Under the pieces are notes generated by a model. That model had not been told where the DNA came from and searched no databases. It worked only from the letters and a program-made list of their open reading frames with translations. Made by a program: the position numbers and the translations under genes. A DNA stretch of 64,000 nt from an uncultured delta proteobacterium (lineage in GTDB: Bacteria; Desulfobacterota; BSN033; UBA1163), in the NCBI GenBank assembly GCA_963827685.1, contig CAWHBU010000006.1:288001-352000 (forward strand). The letters run 5' to 3'. Numbering within the stretch: position 1 is the stretch's first letter; each line of letters begins with the position of its first letter. Positions 10,309-20,585 of this stretch are shown here, piece by piece.

Positions 10309-11637
10309 TCAAAAAGAAGGGGGGACCGGGGGGATCAATTTTCTGAAATGCCGCTCTGCTCTTTTGACGGCGGGCCAGAGGCCGAGATTCATCGGCCCGA
10401 AGATGATCAGGCTTCTTTTGATATGAAAGGGATTGAAGATTCTTTTCAACATAGAGGGAAAGGAATAGAAAGACCGATTCACCTTCCAGAATCCTTCCTG
10501 AAGTTCTTCAATAGTCATCCGTTTGGGTTGAAAGACCACGGTAGCCATATCGTATTTCGACCAATCCTCTGTCAAAATTCTTCCTTCCTGCTTTAACCTC
10601 TGGTAGATCCGGGTCCCTGGAAAAGGGGTGAGGATGGGGAGGAAAGCCCCCTCAATCTTGTTCCGTTCGGCAAATTCCAAAAATTCATCGAAGACAGATC
10701 GGTCATCGAAGTCATAGCCAAAGACAAAGGAGGCATAGACTCCGATGCCAGCGTCGTGGAGTTTTTGAATCCCTCTCTCATAGGCTTCAATTCGGTTAAT
10801 CCGCTTTCCCATCAGATTCAAGTTTTCCTCACGAAGGCTTTCAAACCCAATGAAGAGCCCATGGCATCCTGCTCTAGCCATCAGGGAAACCATTTCTTCA
10901 TTCTCTGCGATATGAATCGGCCCTTGGCTCACCCAACGCAACCGATAATGCGAGAGCATGGTGAGAAGCTCTTTGGCATGGGAAAGGCTTCCAACAAGAT
11001 TATCATCCACGAAGAAGATGTAGGCCTTTGACCGTTCCAGAGATTGAATCTCTTTTTCAACTTCGGAGACCGGCCTCATGCGATAAGACTTCCCATGAAG
11101 GGCGGTCACAGAACAAAACTCACAGTCATAAGGACAGCCCCTCGTGGTCTGAATCAAATTGTGAAAGAGGTACCCCTTCGGAGGGAAAAGGTTCCTTCTT
11201 GGGATGGGAAGACGGTTAAGATCTGTTCTCTCCTTTTGGCGATAAAAAGGCTTCGTCGTTCCTTTTTCAGCATCTTCCAATATCTCCATCCAGACCTCAT
11301 CGGCTTCGCCAATGGCCACACTATCGGAATGAGCTTTCGCCTCTTCAGGAAGCCAGGAGGCGTGGATACCCCCGATCACCACCTTTTTCCCTCTCCTACG
11401 AAATTCGTCTGCAATCTCATATCCCCTCGGCGCTAAAGGAGTGATGGCGGTGATAGCGACCAGATCCGCCTCCTGATCGAAGTCGATCTCTGCGAGGCTT
11501 TCATCGATGATGCGGAGTTGATGATGCGAGGGGGTAAGCCCCGCGAGAAGGGAAGTTGAAAGCAAGGGGAATTTGAATGCGATCACGTCCCAGAAGCTGT
11601 TCTTCGGCCACCTGGGAATGACAAAAGAAATCTTCAT
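10309..11637 (-). CDS. B12-binding radical SAM protein
   Basis: VIGGIHAS, GEA, TRGCPYDCEFC, FVDDN, GFES and TPFPGT motifs. Confidence 0.92.
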   Translation of the reverse strand: MKISFVIPRWPKNSFWDVIAFKFPLLSTSLLAGLTPSHHQLRIIDESLAEIDFDQEADLVAITAITPLAPRGYEIADEFRRRGKKVVIGGIHASWLPEEAKAHSDSVAIGEADEVWMEILEDAEKGTTKPFYRQKERTDLNRLPIPRRNLFPPKGYLFHNLIQTTRGCPYDCEFCSVTALHGKSYRMRPVSEVEKEIQSLERSKAYIFFVDDNLVGSLSHAKELLTMLSHYRLRWVSQGPIHIAENEEMVSLMARAGCHGLFIGFESLREENLNLMGKRINRIEAYERGIQKLHDAGIGVYASFVFGYDFDDRSVFDEFLEFAERNKIEGAFLPILTPFPGTRIYQRLKQEGRILTEDWSKYDMATVVFQPKRMTIEELQEGFWKVNRSFYSFPSMLKRIFNPFHIKRSLIIFGPMNLGLWPAVKRAERHFRKLIPPVPPSF

Positions 11638-12269
11638 TCCAACTTCTTTCCTTTTAGGAATTGGGCTAACGGTCTAATCTCCACTCCCTCCGGGGCAACC
11701 CACTGAAAGGCATCCTCCGACAGGGATGGATTGATGGAGATCTCCTTCAATTTCACGTCCACGCGAGTCTCCTTCTCGGGCATCTCGATCCGAATCCGGT
11801 CTGGAAGCTCGCTTCCTTCTGGCTTTTCTGTAGAAATCTTAATGTTTGCCTTCGCGATAAGATCTGCAAATTGTGAAATTTCCCCGGTATAGGCCCGATT
11901 CTGCAAGGGGCTGAAAAGGAGGAATTCGCCACCTCGGTAAAGAACATCGAACACACCCATTCCAAACGGGTGATAGCCCAGGATGCGAATCTTATCCGGT
12001 TTCTCGTAGAGGACGATCCCGTTGAGAAGGAATTTTAACTCCTCACCTTTTCTCACGGTGTCGATACGAATCGAGGCCTTTGCCTGGAGAGATTCTGCAG
12101 AGGAAAAGGCTTCAAGAAGTTTAGCTACGGGATCCTTGACAGCTGGTGCCTCTATGGAGGGAATCCTCACAACTCTCTTGGGACACCCTGAGAGAAAGAG
12201 TACCAGTAGAAAAAGACTCAGAATCACGAACCAGGGTTTTCGGACCATTTCGCTATTCTCCTCTCTCAA
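11634..12269 (-). CDS. Lipoprotein, LolA/LolB-like fold probable
   Basis: Signal peptide with LSGC lipobox; KPDKIR and C-terminal INPSLSEDAF..PEGV are LolA-like. Confidence 0.65.
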   Translation of the reverse strand: MREENSEMVRKPWFVILSLFLLVLFLSGCPKRVVRIPSIEAPAVKDPVAKLLEAFSSAESLQAKASIRIDTVRKGEELKFLLNGIVLYEKPDKIRILGYHPFGMGVFDVLYRGGEFLLFSPLQNRAYTGEISQFADLIAKANIKISTEKPEGSELPDRIRIEMPEKETRVDVKLKEISINPSLSEDAFQWVAPEGVEIRPLAQFLKGKKLE

Positions 12270-13740
12270 GCCTGTTCAAAACCGCTTCTGCAGTCAATTC
12301 CCCAGAGGCAACCACTCCAGCAATCCCTCCGCCAGGAGATGTCCAATGTCCGGTAAGATAAAGATTTGAGATGGGAGTGGTGCGAGAAAGACGATAGATC
12401 CCGGATTGCCTCGGTATCTGGGCCCACCCATAGGCAGCGCCCCATCGATTGCCCGTCCACCTCTCGATGGTTTGAGGAGTGTTCTCCACCTTGACCAAAA
12501 TCCGTTTCTTTAGGTTTGGGATGAGAGCCGAGGCTTGGGTGATCAGGCGCTGGGAGAGCTCATCTTTCACCTTTTGATCCCAATTCGGGCTGAGGTGATA
12601 GGAGGTTTTGTAACTCAGACAGAGCGTACTTTGCCCCTTTGGCGCATGGGATGGATTGACCTTTGACGGAGCAAGAAGATAAAAAGGTGCATCATCCGGT
12701 ATCAGATTCTCATAGAGAGCGTGATATTCTTTTTGGAGTTGATCGTCGAAAAAGACCTCATGGTTTGAAACGGAAAGCTCATCCAATTCCCCTTCAATGC
12801 CTAAATAAAGGATATAATAAGAAAGGGAAGGTTTCATTCCCTTCAATTTTGATCGGAAGCCACTTGGAAGGTGGTCCTCTTTGATCAGGTCTGAAAATGT
12901 GTGATGGGCGTCGATATTCGAAATGACAACCTTCCCTTTCATCTCTTGGCCATCCTTTAACCGTACGCCGATTGCCTTCTTGCCCTCGATGAGAATTTGA
13001 TCAACCTCATGGCCGATCAAGATTCGCCCTCCTATCTTCTCAAGAGTCTCTCCTATTCTGAGGGGAAGTTGTTCCACCCTTCCTTCGATACAGGAAACTC
13101 CGTAGTTGAAGTAAGACATTTCGATCCCGGTCATGCCCACCACAGAGATCTCCTCAGGAGGAAGCAGCGCATAAGAGCTCCGTATCGAGAGGAGGGTTTT
13201 CAAAAAAGGATCGGAAATCCATTCATTGAGGAGTTCGCCATAAGTCTTATCCTTGTATCGGGAGAGAAAAGGATATTGGGATGAAAAGGAAGAAGGCTCA
13301 AACCAATTGAGAGAGGATCGAACATTTGAAAACTCTTCAAAGATTTTTCTCAGGACGGCATAGACCCCTTCAATTCCCTTTCTCTCATTTGGAAAAAGAG
13401 ATGAGAGGTTCTCAATGTGAGTTCCGAGATGGGAGGATTGGCTCACCTTCCTATCCGGGAAGTGATATTCTCTTGCGGGTTCGAGAGGGATGAAGTGGAT
13501 TTGAGGCAGCAGGTCTAATGCTTTCAAAATTTTCCATACTCTCCCCCCTTCTTGGCATTCCCCAATCGATTGTACAGCGAGGTCAAAAGAAAACCCATCT
13601 TTTTGGAAGGAGCTACAGCAGCCACCCACCTTTTGATTCTTTTCGATGATCAGGACCTTCAGCCCTTTTTTCGCAAGAAGACAGCCGCAGGTGAGCCCTG
13701 CCATTCCTGCTCCAATGATGATGACATCCGTATCAGACAT
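12253..13740 (-). CDS. Phytoene desaturase (CrtI)-family FAD oxidoreductase
   Basis: GAGMAGL, TPQTIERWT..GAAYG, GHWTSPGGG. Paralog of 6581-8086. Confidence 0.88.
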   Translation of the reverse strand: MSDTDVIIIGAGMAGLTCGCLLAKKGLKVLIIEKNQKVGGCCSSFQKDGFSFDLAVQSIGECQEGGRVWKILKALDLLPQIHFIPLEPAREYHFPDRKVSQSSHLGTHIENLSSLFPNERKGIEGVYAVLRKIFEEFSNVRSSLNWFEPSSFSSQYPFLSRYKDKTYGELLNEWISDPFLKTLLSIRSSYALLPPEEISVVGMTGIEMSYFNYGVSCIEGRVEQLPLRIGETLEKIGGRILIGHEVDQILIEGKKAIGVRLKDGQEMKGKVVISNIDAHHTFSDLIKEDHLPSGFRSKLKGMKPSLSYYILYLGIEGELDELSVSNHEVFFDDQLQKEYHALYENLIPDDAPFYLLAPSKVNPSHAPKGQSTLCLSYKTSYHLSPNWDQKVKDELSQRLITQASALIPNLKKRILVKVENTPQTIERWTGNRWGAAYGWAQIPRQSGIYRLSRTTPISNLYLTGHWTSPGGGIAGVVASGELTAEAVLNRLERGE

Positions 13741-14006
13741 AATTTGAAAGTATAACACAGCACTTCGCCGTTCGTCGAATCCGCTCCTTTTTACAAATCA
13801 CGAAGTCGCTGAAAAGATTTGATCGTTTTACAAAAAAGGGGAAAGTGGTTGCTGCAATAAAGCCGAGGTAGGCGGAGTCTTCACCAAGTTTAAGAATCCT
13901 GTACACACGATTGATCAATTGATTGAGGAAATAAGGAGAGGAAATGGTCAAATCGCCCTGAAAAATAGCGATTGCGTGAGATTGGATTTAAATCGCTTTT
14001 TCCAAA

Positions 14007-14936
14007 TTACCCGGTTCGGTCTTTTGGGTCTGTTTCCTCTGCTGTAATACCGTAGACATTATAGGAGGGGGGGATCCCTCTTTTTTCGGCTGAGATGCTC
14101 ATCTCTTTGTAGGACGGATGAGCCTTGCGATTATGAGCAATGAGTGCCTTCACCACATCCCATCCTATCTTATTCCGTTTCGCCATTTCAGTAATCTCCT
14201 CAAGGGCTGTTCGATTATCATATGCTGAAGATCGATAAGGCCTAGGCATAACGAGGGCATCGTAAATGTCGCTAACAGCGATGATTTCCACTAACGGATC
14301 CTTAAGCGGGATGCCTCGTGGATATCCCGAACTATCTCTTCTTTCATGATGATCAAAGGCCACCTTGCAGGCGAGGTGTTGGGTGTTTTTGTAGTAATAG
14401 CTGAGTAGCACATAGCCTGCTGCCGCGTGATGTTCTAAAGAACCCCGCTCCGTTTTGGTGAGAGGCGTCGTCTTCTTCAGAATGTGCAGGGGCACGCAGA
14501 TTTTACCAGTGTCGTGGGTGGGACCGGTTGCGGACAGCCGGATACACCCCTCGTAGTCGGGTATCAGATCTCTTGCCAAAAGGGTAGACAAGGCAAACAC
14601 CATGAGAACATGAGTATAGGTGTACAAGTCATGCTGCCTAAAATAGTCCAGCGATTGTAGAATGGGGATGGGAAAACGAACTGTTTCTAAAAGGTTCAAG
14701 AGATCACCGATTTGCTTTTTGTCTGAGAAAATTTGTGTATAAGGAGGGCTGCTGAGAAAATTTAAACAGTCCTCTTTAACCGAACCGTACAATAGGAGGG
14801 GATATGTCTGATAGGAATCCGCCCTGTGCGAATCAATAAGGGCATCTAATGTCTCCTCTGTCACAAGGGTCCCAGGAGGGAACAATAATTGATTATCGAG
14901 TGTCCATATCGGATGCTGAAGTGTTAATCCTGGCAT
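14007..14936 (-). CDS. HD-GYP domain phosphohydrolase
   Basis: HDTGK, HHERRDSSGYP, DIYDAL and RPYR motifs. Confidence 0.88.
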   Translation of the reverse strand: MPGLTLQHPIWTLDNQLLFPPGTLVTEETLDALIDSHRADSYQTYPLLLYGSVKEDCLNFLSSPPYTQIFSDKKQIGDLLNLLETVRFPIPILQSLDYFRQHDLYTYTHVLMVFALSTLLARDLIPDYEGCIRLSATGPTHDTGKICVPLHILKKTTPLTKTERGSLEHHAAAGYVLLSYYYKNTQHLACKVAFDHHERRDSSGYPRGIPLKDPLVEIIAVSDIYDALVMPRPYRSSAYDNRTALEEITEMAKRNKIGWDVVKALIAHNRKAHPSYKEMSISAEKRGIPPSYNVYGITAEETDPKDRTG

Positions 14937-15208
14937 AAAGGAAGACCTTCGGCTGCTAACTTATCATTGTGAATAAACGGGTGTCAATACATTTTAGAAA
15001 AAAAGGATCCCGATAAAAAGGGGTGGTCATTCGATCATTGATAGAGAAGAAAAACTGTAAAGGGATGACTCTATAGGAATACCCGTCAATCCCCTCCCTA
15101 ATTTTTCTAAAATGGATTGAAAGTTTAAAATAGATGGGTAAAAACCATAATTTCGGCAAGATTAACGATTGGTCGCAGGGCGAAAGGAGTTGATGAATAG
15201 AAGTTAGA

Positions 15209-15234
15209 GGGGAAGGACAGAAAAGTCCTTCCCC
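15209..15234 (-). terminator. Hairpin at the end of the sulfur-relay operon
   Basis: GGGGAAGGAC-loop-GTCCTTCCCC immediately after the FadL-like stop; weak U tract. Confidence 0.5.
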
Positions 15235-15242
15235 CAGGATGA

Positions 15243-16475
15243 CTAAAATCTCCAGCTTAACCCAACCTCGAACGAGTCTTCCTTGAGCTTTGAGCCAAGC
15301 GTTACATTGGGCCCACCTGGACCACCAAAATTTGTCCCTGTTTCAGAGATCTTTTTCTCAAATGCATGCGTGTACCCGAGATTTATTGAAAACTTCTCGC
15401 TAAATTCGTAGCCTATACCAAAAGTCAAATGAGTCTCTACAATAGCCGGGAATCCGATGATTCTCAGATATTCGTACCCGAACGTGGAAGTGGGTACACC
15501 CTGGACGGTAGTCATTGACGCTGCATTGAATCCATTATGTTCCTTAACCGGGTTTCTCCCGTAATTGACACCCCCTCTTAAGAAGAGTTTTGGTATAGGG
15601 TTATATTGCGCGCCGAGTGAGAACACATACTGGTCCCTCCAGTCAAAGTCTTCATAGCCATTGGCATTAGACCAGTTAATCCACTTGAAATCGCCTTCTA
15701 TCAATAGCTTCTGAAAAGGCGAATAGGCTATTCCGAATCCCAGAGTCTGTGGCATTTGGAGCTTCAGGGTATCCCTGGTGCCATCACCATTAAAGTCAAA
15801 GACCCTCTCGTGCCTTATCGTTTGTGGCGTGACATAAGAGAGGCCTAAGGAGACCGGCCCGATTTTGTAAATGGCGCCAAACTGAAATCCAACGTTATAG
15901 CCGGAAGAAGTCCCGGAGCCGAGATCGAGGGCGGCATAATCCAGCTGAACGTTTGCCCCGACTGAAAGATTATCCGTGATCATATAGGCCAGATTAGGAG
16001 CAAATTTCATGACCTGATACTGTGTAAATACCTCTCCTGCGGGCCCTAAAATTGTATTAAGCCTGTCTCTATAGTCAACACCCAGTCCTGAGGTACCATA
16101 CGCTGCAATCCCAAACCTCAATCTTGAGGTAATAGGTGTTGATAGGCCTATCGCAGGAACAATGAAAACGTTTGACTGACTTCTATCGCTACTAATACCG
16201 AACCCAGGGACCTCTACTTTTCCGTGGGTCGCGGGGAGAAAGACTGTTCCTGCAAAATCAACTTGTGAACCGGGGCAGTAAGGCCCAAAACACATGCCTG
16301 CAGGATTTTCAAAAACTGCACTGATAGAATCTTGAGGAGCGGCAATTCCAACCCCTCCCATTGACCTCGCGATGGGCCCTATGGCTATGAAATTATCCCC
16401 ATTCGTAGCGTTGGCAATGCCACCCATGCTGAGCAGAAAGACAAACGGTATGGTCACAAAAAATAGTCTCTTCAT
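15243..16475 (-). CDS. OmpP1/FadL/TodX-family outer-membrane channel
   Basis: Signal peptide, SMGG and NPAG hatch motifs, beta-barrel pattern, terminal Phe. Confidence 0.88.
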   Translation of the reverse strand: MKRLFFVTIPFVFLLSMGGIANATNGDNFIAIGPIARSMGGVGIAAPQDSISAVFENPAGMCFGPYCPGSQVDFAGTVFLPATHGKVEVPGFGISSDRSQSNVFIVPAIGLSTPITSRLRFGIAAYGTSGLGVDYRDRLNTILGPAGEVFTQYQVMKFAPNLAYMITDNLSVGANVQLDYAALDLGSGTSSGYNVGFQFGAIYKIGPVSLGLSYVTPQTIRHERVFDFNGDGTRDTLKLQMPQTLGFGIAYSPFQKLLIEGDFKWINWSNANGYEDFDWRDQYVFSLGAQYNPIPKLFLRGGVNYGRNPVKEHNGFNAASMTTVQGVPTSTFGYEYLRIIGFPAIVETHLTFGIGYEFSEKFSINLGYTHAFEKKISETGTNFGGPGGPNVTLGSKLKEDSFEVGLSWRF

Positions 16476-16647
16476 TTTCTCCCTCCTTCTTTGAATTTTC
16501 AAATATGAACGAACAACCGCTTACCGTTCTTTATTCTTCACCCCCTTTCTCCCCATCCCCATTTGATTTAACTTATTCTACTCCCGTCCTCTTTCTTCCC
16601 ATTTCAATCGTATATGGCGTAAGATTTTAATCGGTGTGGATCACCGA

Positions 16648-17895
16648 TTATTCCAGAACCAAAGCATTTGCGACCATGTTGCTCAGGAACTCCACCTTGA
16701 CTCCCATATTGTATCTCTCATTCAGAAACCCTAACTGTGTGTGGCAGTTCTCGCAGCCCGTGGCCACAATGGCTGCCCCTGTCTCTCTGATCTGATTGAC
16801 CTTCGCCTTCCCTGTCTTTTCCCTAAATTCCTCATTTTCTAAGGCAACCAGTCCTCCACCCCCTCCACAACATAAGCTGTATTCTCTGTTAGGAGTCATC
16901 TCTATGAATTCGGAAGTCAATTGGTTAAGAACATACCGAGGTTCTTCGATCACCCCACCATTGCGGGCAGACTGACAGGGATCATGATAAGTGATCACCC
17001 CATTGATTCGATCCTTTTCCACCCTGATCCTCCCCTCTTGGAGATATCTCGCCATGACCTCGGCGATATGAGAAACCTCAAAAGGTTGTTTCCCAACGAG
17101 ATGCTTCATGACCCGAAAGGCTGTCCCACATTCACAGATCACCACTTCTTTCACCTTAAGCCTGATGGCCTCGTCAATGATTCGCTTCGCAATGAGTTGG
17201 GTTTTTCTTGGATCGCCCACAAAGGCTCCAAAGTTGACCGCCTCAAAGAAGCTGAGGGTCCAGTTCTCCCTGGCCGCATTCAAGATGGAAGCCGTTGGAA
17301 CAATCGAATGTGCCCCAGCCAAAGCAACATAGAGGATGTTCGCCCCTTCAACATCTAAAGGAATGATTTGGTCAGACTCACCTCTCCATTTGGCGATGAC
17401 ATCCTTTTCCAGATTCTTAATCCCCTGAATAAAAGACTCTTTGTAAAGGTCAAGGCTTTTCCCTTTCTCGAGGGAAGCATCGGCCAGCATGGATAGAACC
17501 TCAGGTTCACTCTGATTTCCTATCAGGAGCAACTTGGCAATCGATTGAATCGCCTGGGTATCGATGCCAAAAGGGCAGTACATCATACATCTCCGACACC
17601 CTGTGCAGGAATACGCCGCCTCATAAAGTTGTTTCATCAACTCATCATTAAGTTCTGTGGCCTCCCCCCAATAGGGGAATAGTCTGCCGCTCAGTTTGAA
17701 ATAACGTTTATAAATCCTTCTGACTACCTCAGCCCGCCAAGAGGGGATATATTCGAGCTTCGGAACGGAGGCATACGCGAAACAGGCGTCCTTGCAGAGA
17801 CCGCATCGAGAGCAGACTTCAAGATAATATTGTGTCGGTTTATCCAGTTTTGATCGAAAGAGGTCGAGAAGCTTTTTCTTTTTCCCTTTATCCAC
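16648..17895 (-). CDS. HdrD/DsrK-like Fe-S protein with CCG domains
   Basis: CSRCGLCKDAC and CTGCRRCMMYCP ferredoxin motifs; YHDPC, CCGGGGG and CENC. Confidence 0.88.
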   Translation of the reverse strand: MDKGKKKKLLDLFRSKLDKPTQYYLEVCSRCGLCKDACFAYASVPKLEYIPSWRAEVVRRIYKRYFKLSGRLFPYWGEATELNDELMKQLYEAAYSCTGCRRCMMYCPFGIDTQAIQSIAKLLLIGNQSEPEVLSMLADASLEKGKSLDLYKESFIQGIKNLEKDVIAKWRGESDQIIPLDVEGANILYVALAGAHSIVPTASILNAARENWTLSFFEAVNFGAFVGDPRKTQLIAKRIIDEAIRLKVKEVVICECGTAFRVMKHLVGKQPFEVSHIAEVMARYLQEGRIRVEKDRINGVITYHDPCQSARNGGVIEEPRYVLNQLTSEFIEMTPNREYSLCCGGGGGLVALENEEFREKTGKAKVNQIRETGAAIVATGCENCHTQLGFLNERYNMGVKVEFLSNMVANALVLE

Positions 17896-17897
17896 GA

Positions 17898-18638
17898 CTA
17901 ACTCCTCTTAACGGCGTTGGAAAAAAACGCAAGTATTGAATGCGTCACCTTGCTGAACGGAAAGTAAATGAAGAAAATATTGGCCAGGAAAACATGCATA
18001 ACCAGAATTACCTGGTGGGGGGACCCCGAAATCTCGGCTGGGACGGTAGGTTGGAAACGAATCATGCTTCCTAAGTAAGTCCGGTAGGCTTCTAAGGGGA
18101 TGTCAAACCCGTAACTTGAATAAAGCCTTGCCAGATTCATGTGAGCACCAAAGAATGCGGTAACCAAGAGTCCTAAGATGAGGATGAAATCCTCAGGAAC
18201 CGATAATTCTCGGTATGGGCTCCGGAATCGGCGAAAGAGAAAATAAAGCAGGGAAAGCACCAATAATAGACCCACAAAGCCCTTCCCAAGAAAGATCTTG
18301 TGTTTCACAAATTGAATCACCTTCAAATCGGCAATCAGTTCGAGATGACCGAGAAACAAAAAGAAAATGACTATATGGAAGAGACCAAAAAAAAACCAAT
18401 AGACCGGGTCTTTCTTCCTCGTTACGTCTGGAAAGAGAAATACGTCACTCAATATAGCCAATAACTTGGATCGCTTTTTGGGGAAGACGCGAAGGGTTAT
18501 TGCCTTTGGTTTTGGTGCCAAGCCCATTTTGATCAAGCGCAAGATGGTCCCGACAATAAAAATAAATATAGCAGTGTAAAGCATGGGAACCATCACAACG
18601 TAATAAAAGTTATCCGCAAAAAGATGAAATGAATTCAA
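17898..18638 (-). CDS. NarI/DsrM-like membrane cytochrome b subunit
   Basis: Multiple TM helices with His ligands (FH..GH; MH..PFSKVTH) and LFRRF. Confidence 0.82.
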   Translation of the reverse strand: MNSFHLFADNFYYVVMVPMLYTAIFIFIVGTILRLIKMGLAPKPKAITLRVFPKKRSKLLAILSDVFLFPDVTRKKDPVYWFFFGLFHIVIFFLFLGHLELIADLKVIQFVKHKIFLGKGFVGLLLVLSLLYFLFRRFRSPYRELSVPEDFILILGLLVTAFFGAHMNLARLYSSYGFDIPLEAYRTYLGSMIRFQPTVPAEISGSPHQVILVMHVFLANIFFIYFPFSKVTHSILAFFSNAVKRS

Positions 18639-18738
18639 CCTTTCCCTCCTTCAATGGGGTCTTAACCCTACTGTTCATTCTCAGGTGAATGATAAGACCT
18701 ACTTACTCCTAAAAAATTCTTTATCGATTCAATAAGGA

Positions 18739-18981
18739 TTATTTTACCCTCTTGATGAGGAATTTGATCAGACCATTTCCCTGTTCTGTCTTCAATATTT
18801 CATTCCCACTTGTTCGAGCCCATGCTGGAAAATCAGATAGAGAGCCGGGGTCAGTGGTGATTGCTTCTAAGATTTGCCCCACCGCTATCTCCTTGATCCC
18901 TTTGCTGACTTTGATCACCGGTTGGGGACAGGGTAATCCTTTTAAATCCATTGTCTTATTTGCTTTGATTTCTTCGCTCAT
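18739..18981 (-). CDS. tusA: TusA-family sulfur carrier
   Basis: DLKGLPCPQP and DPGSLSDFPAW motifs. Confidence 0.9.
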   Translation of the reverse strand: MSEEIKANKTMDLKGLPCPQPVIKVSKGIKEIAVGQILEAITTDPGSLSDFPAWARTSGNEILKTEQGNGLIKFLIKRVK

Positions 18982-18997
18982 GATTTCCTCCACAAAA

Positions 18998-19594
18998 TTA
19001 AATGAAAAGTTGTACCTTGCTGTTTTTTGCCTGCTCCAAGAATGTGGCTACCCCTACATACTCCAAATTCGGATAGTCGATGAATTCTTCTTGCTTAAAA
19101 CCCATTAAGCTCATCGACATCTCACAGATGTAGATCTTGACACCCAGCTCTGCCGCCATATCCAGCATCTCATCTAACGAAGCAACATTCTTTTTTTTCA
19201 TGAGGGATTTCATCATGGAAGTCCCCATCCCCCCCATGTTCATCTTTGATAATTTAATGGCATTCCTCCCTTTGGGAAGCATGAAACCAAACATCTTTCC
19301 CATGAGATCCTTTCCCTTTGCCTTCTTCTTTGGGTCCCTCAGAACCGGCGTGCCCCAAAAGGTAAAGAACATCACGGCTTCCATTCCCATTGCCACAGAA
19401 CCCGTGGCGATGACAAAGGCAGCTAACACTTTGTCCAGATCGCCACTAAAAACAATGATGGAGACCTTGTCTTCCGCCCCCGGTTTGATGTTTTCAATCT
19501 GCTTCCTAAGTTCTTCCATCCGCTTTGCCAGATCGTCAACCGTCATAATTCCCTTGTTGTGACCTTCTACTTTTGTTGCCAAAATTTCAGCCAT
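18998..19594 (-). CDS. DsrE/DsrF/DrsH-like (DsrE2-type) sulfurtransferase
   Basis: FSGDLDK, MFFTFWG, LSKMNMGGMG, CEMSM and GVATFL motifs. Confidence 0.9.
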   Translation of the reverse strand: MAEILATKVEGHNKGIMTVDDLAKRMEELRKQIENIKPGAEDKVSIIVFSGDLDKVLAAFVIATGSVAMGMEAVMFFTFWGTPVLRDPKKKAKGKDLMGKMFGFMLPKGRNAIKLSKMNMGGMGTSMMKSLMKKKNVASLDEMLDMAAELGVKIYICEMSMSLMGFKQEEFIDYPNLEYVGVATFLEQAKNSKVQLFI

Positions 19595-19682
19595 TGCCGT
19601 TCCTCCTTTGCATTTTTATCTCTATTATGAGAAGGGTCGTCCATCCCACCAGCAGGGAATCGGACCGAACGCAACATGAGCT

Positions 19683-19952
19683 TCATTTCATGTTAATGAA
19701 CCGATATATGGCTTTAGCCATATCATCTACCTTAACCTTCAAATCTGCCTCGTCGCGGATGCTTGGTATTGAGGAGGCACAATCTCTTATGCACCCCTCC
19801 ACAATGATTATCCCCAGTCTTCGGGCCGCAGAGGAAAGGGCTGAAATCTGTATTAGAATATCGGTACAATTACTGTCTTTTTCCACCATCCCCCGGATTC
19901 CACGTGCCTGCCCTTCAATCTTTCTAAGGCGAGAGAGTATATCCTTCCTCAT
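19683..19952 (-). CDS. CsoR/RcnR/CstR-family repressor
   Basis: RLRKIEGQARGI..M...C.DILIQISA signature; C-terminal EGCIRDC. Confidence 0.9.
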   Translation of the reverse strand: MRKDILSRLRKIEGQARGIRGMVEKDSNCTDILIQISALSSAARRLGIIIVEGCIRDCASSIPSIRDEADLKVKVDDMAKAIYRFINMK

Positions 19953-20043
19953 TTCCTCTGTTAAAGATGAAGCTTGAATTTTAGATTCTCCTTTTATCTA
20001 TGATATAATCTATAAAAATTATTGTATAATTCCGATACAACCC

Positions 20044-20093
20044 TACCCCCCCATGGCATAATAATTATTAATAAAAAACTAACCTCCTGTCAA
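20044..20093 (-). promoter_or_regulatory. sigma70-like promoter with CsoR-type C/G-tract operator
   Basis: TTGACA (20093-20088), AT-rich -10 about 17 bp downstream, then TATGCCATGGGGGGGTA near +1. Confidence 0.55.
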
Positions 20094-20240
20094 GTTTTAA
20101 TTTTCTTAACTTGCTAGCGTTAAAACAATAATAGTATTATATAGTTATGTCACTTCCGCTGTAGTTTTTACCCTCTCTTCCTGATGCATAGAAAAAATGG
20201 AGTATTCCCTTTTCATGGAGCTGCTGGTATAGTAAAGGGA

Positions 20241-20585
20241 ATGATTCGTGTTCTGCTGGTCTTGTTTTCTATTATCATTTTCTCTGTCCTTCTGGGGCAT
20301 TTGACCTCTGCCAAAGCCCAGGAAACAGGTACTCTGTCAGTTACAACGACGCCTGTAAGTGGAGCTATTTATGTTGACTACGTTTTTAAGGGCACCAAGT
20401 TCTGGAGTGGGGATTTGAACGTTGGATCCCATGTGGTCTCATTTGGCAATGTAGATGGCTACATCGCGCCACCCATGCAAACCGTTACGGTCATTGCAAA
20501 TCAAACGTATTATATCGTCGGTGCTTACAGAAAGTTGCTCTCCCTACCTGACCCGGTCGTAATGAGCAGCATCTGGGTTCATTGA
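20241..20585 (+). CDS. Secreted PEGA-domain-like protein
   Basis: Signal peptide followed by GTLSVTTTP.GA.IYVD...G.H. Confidence 0.65.
   Translation: MIRVLLVLFSIIIFSVLLGHLTSAKAQETGTLSVTTTPVSGAIYVDYVFKGTKFWSGDLNVGSHVVSFGNVDGYIAPPMQTVTVIANQTYYIVGAYRKLLSLPDPVVMSSIWVH

Noticed and set aside
16648-19952. Selenocysteine recoding in the sulfur operon
   Set aside because: The catalytic positions I could identify are ordinary Cys codons and the ORFs appear complete without TGA readthrough.
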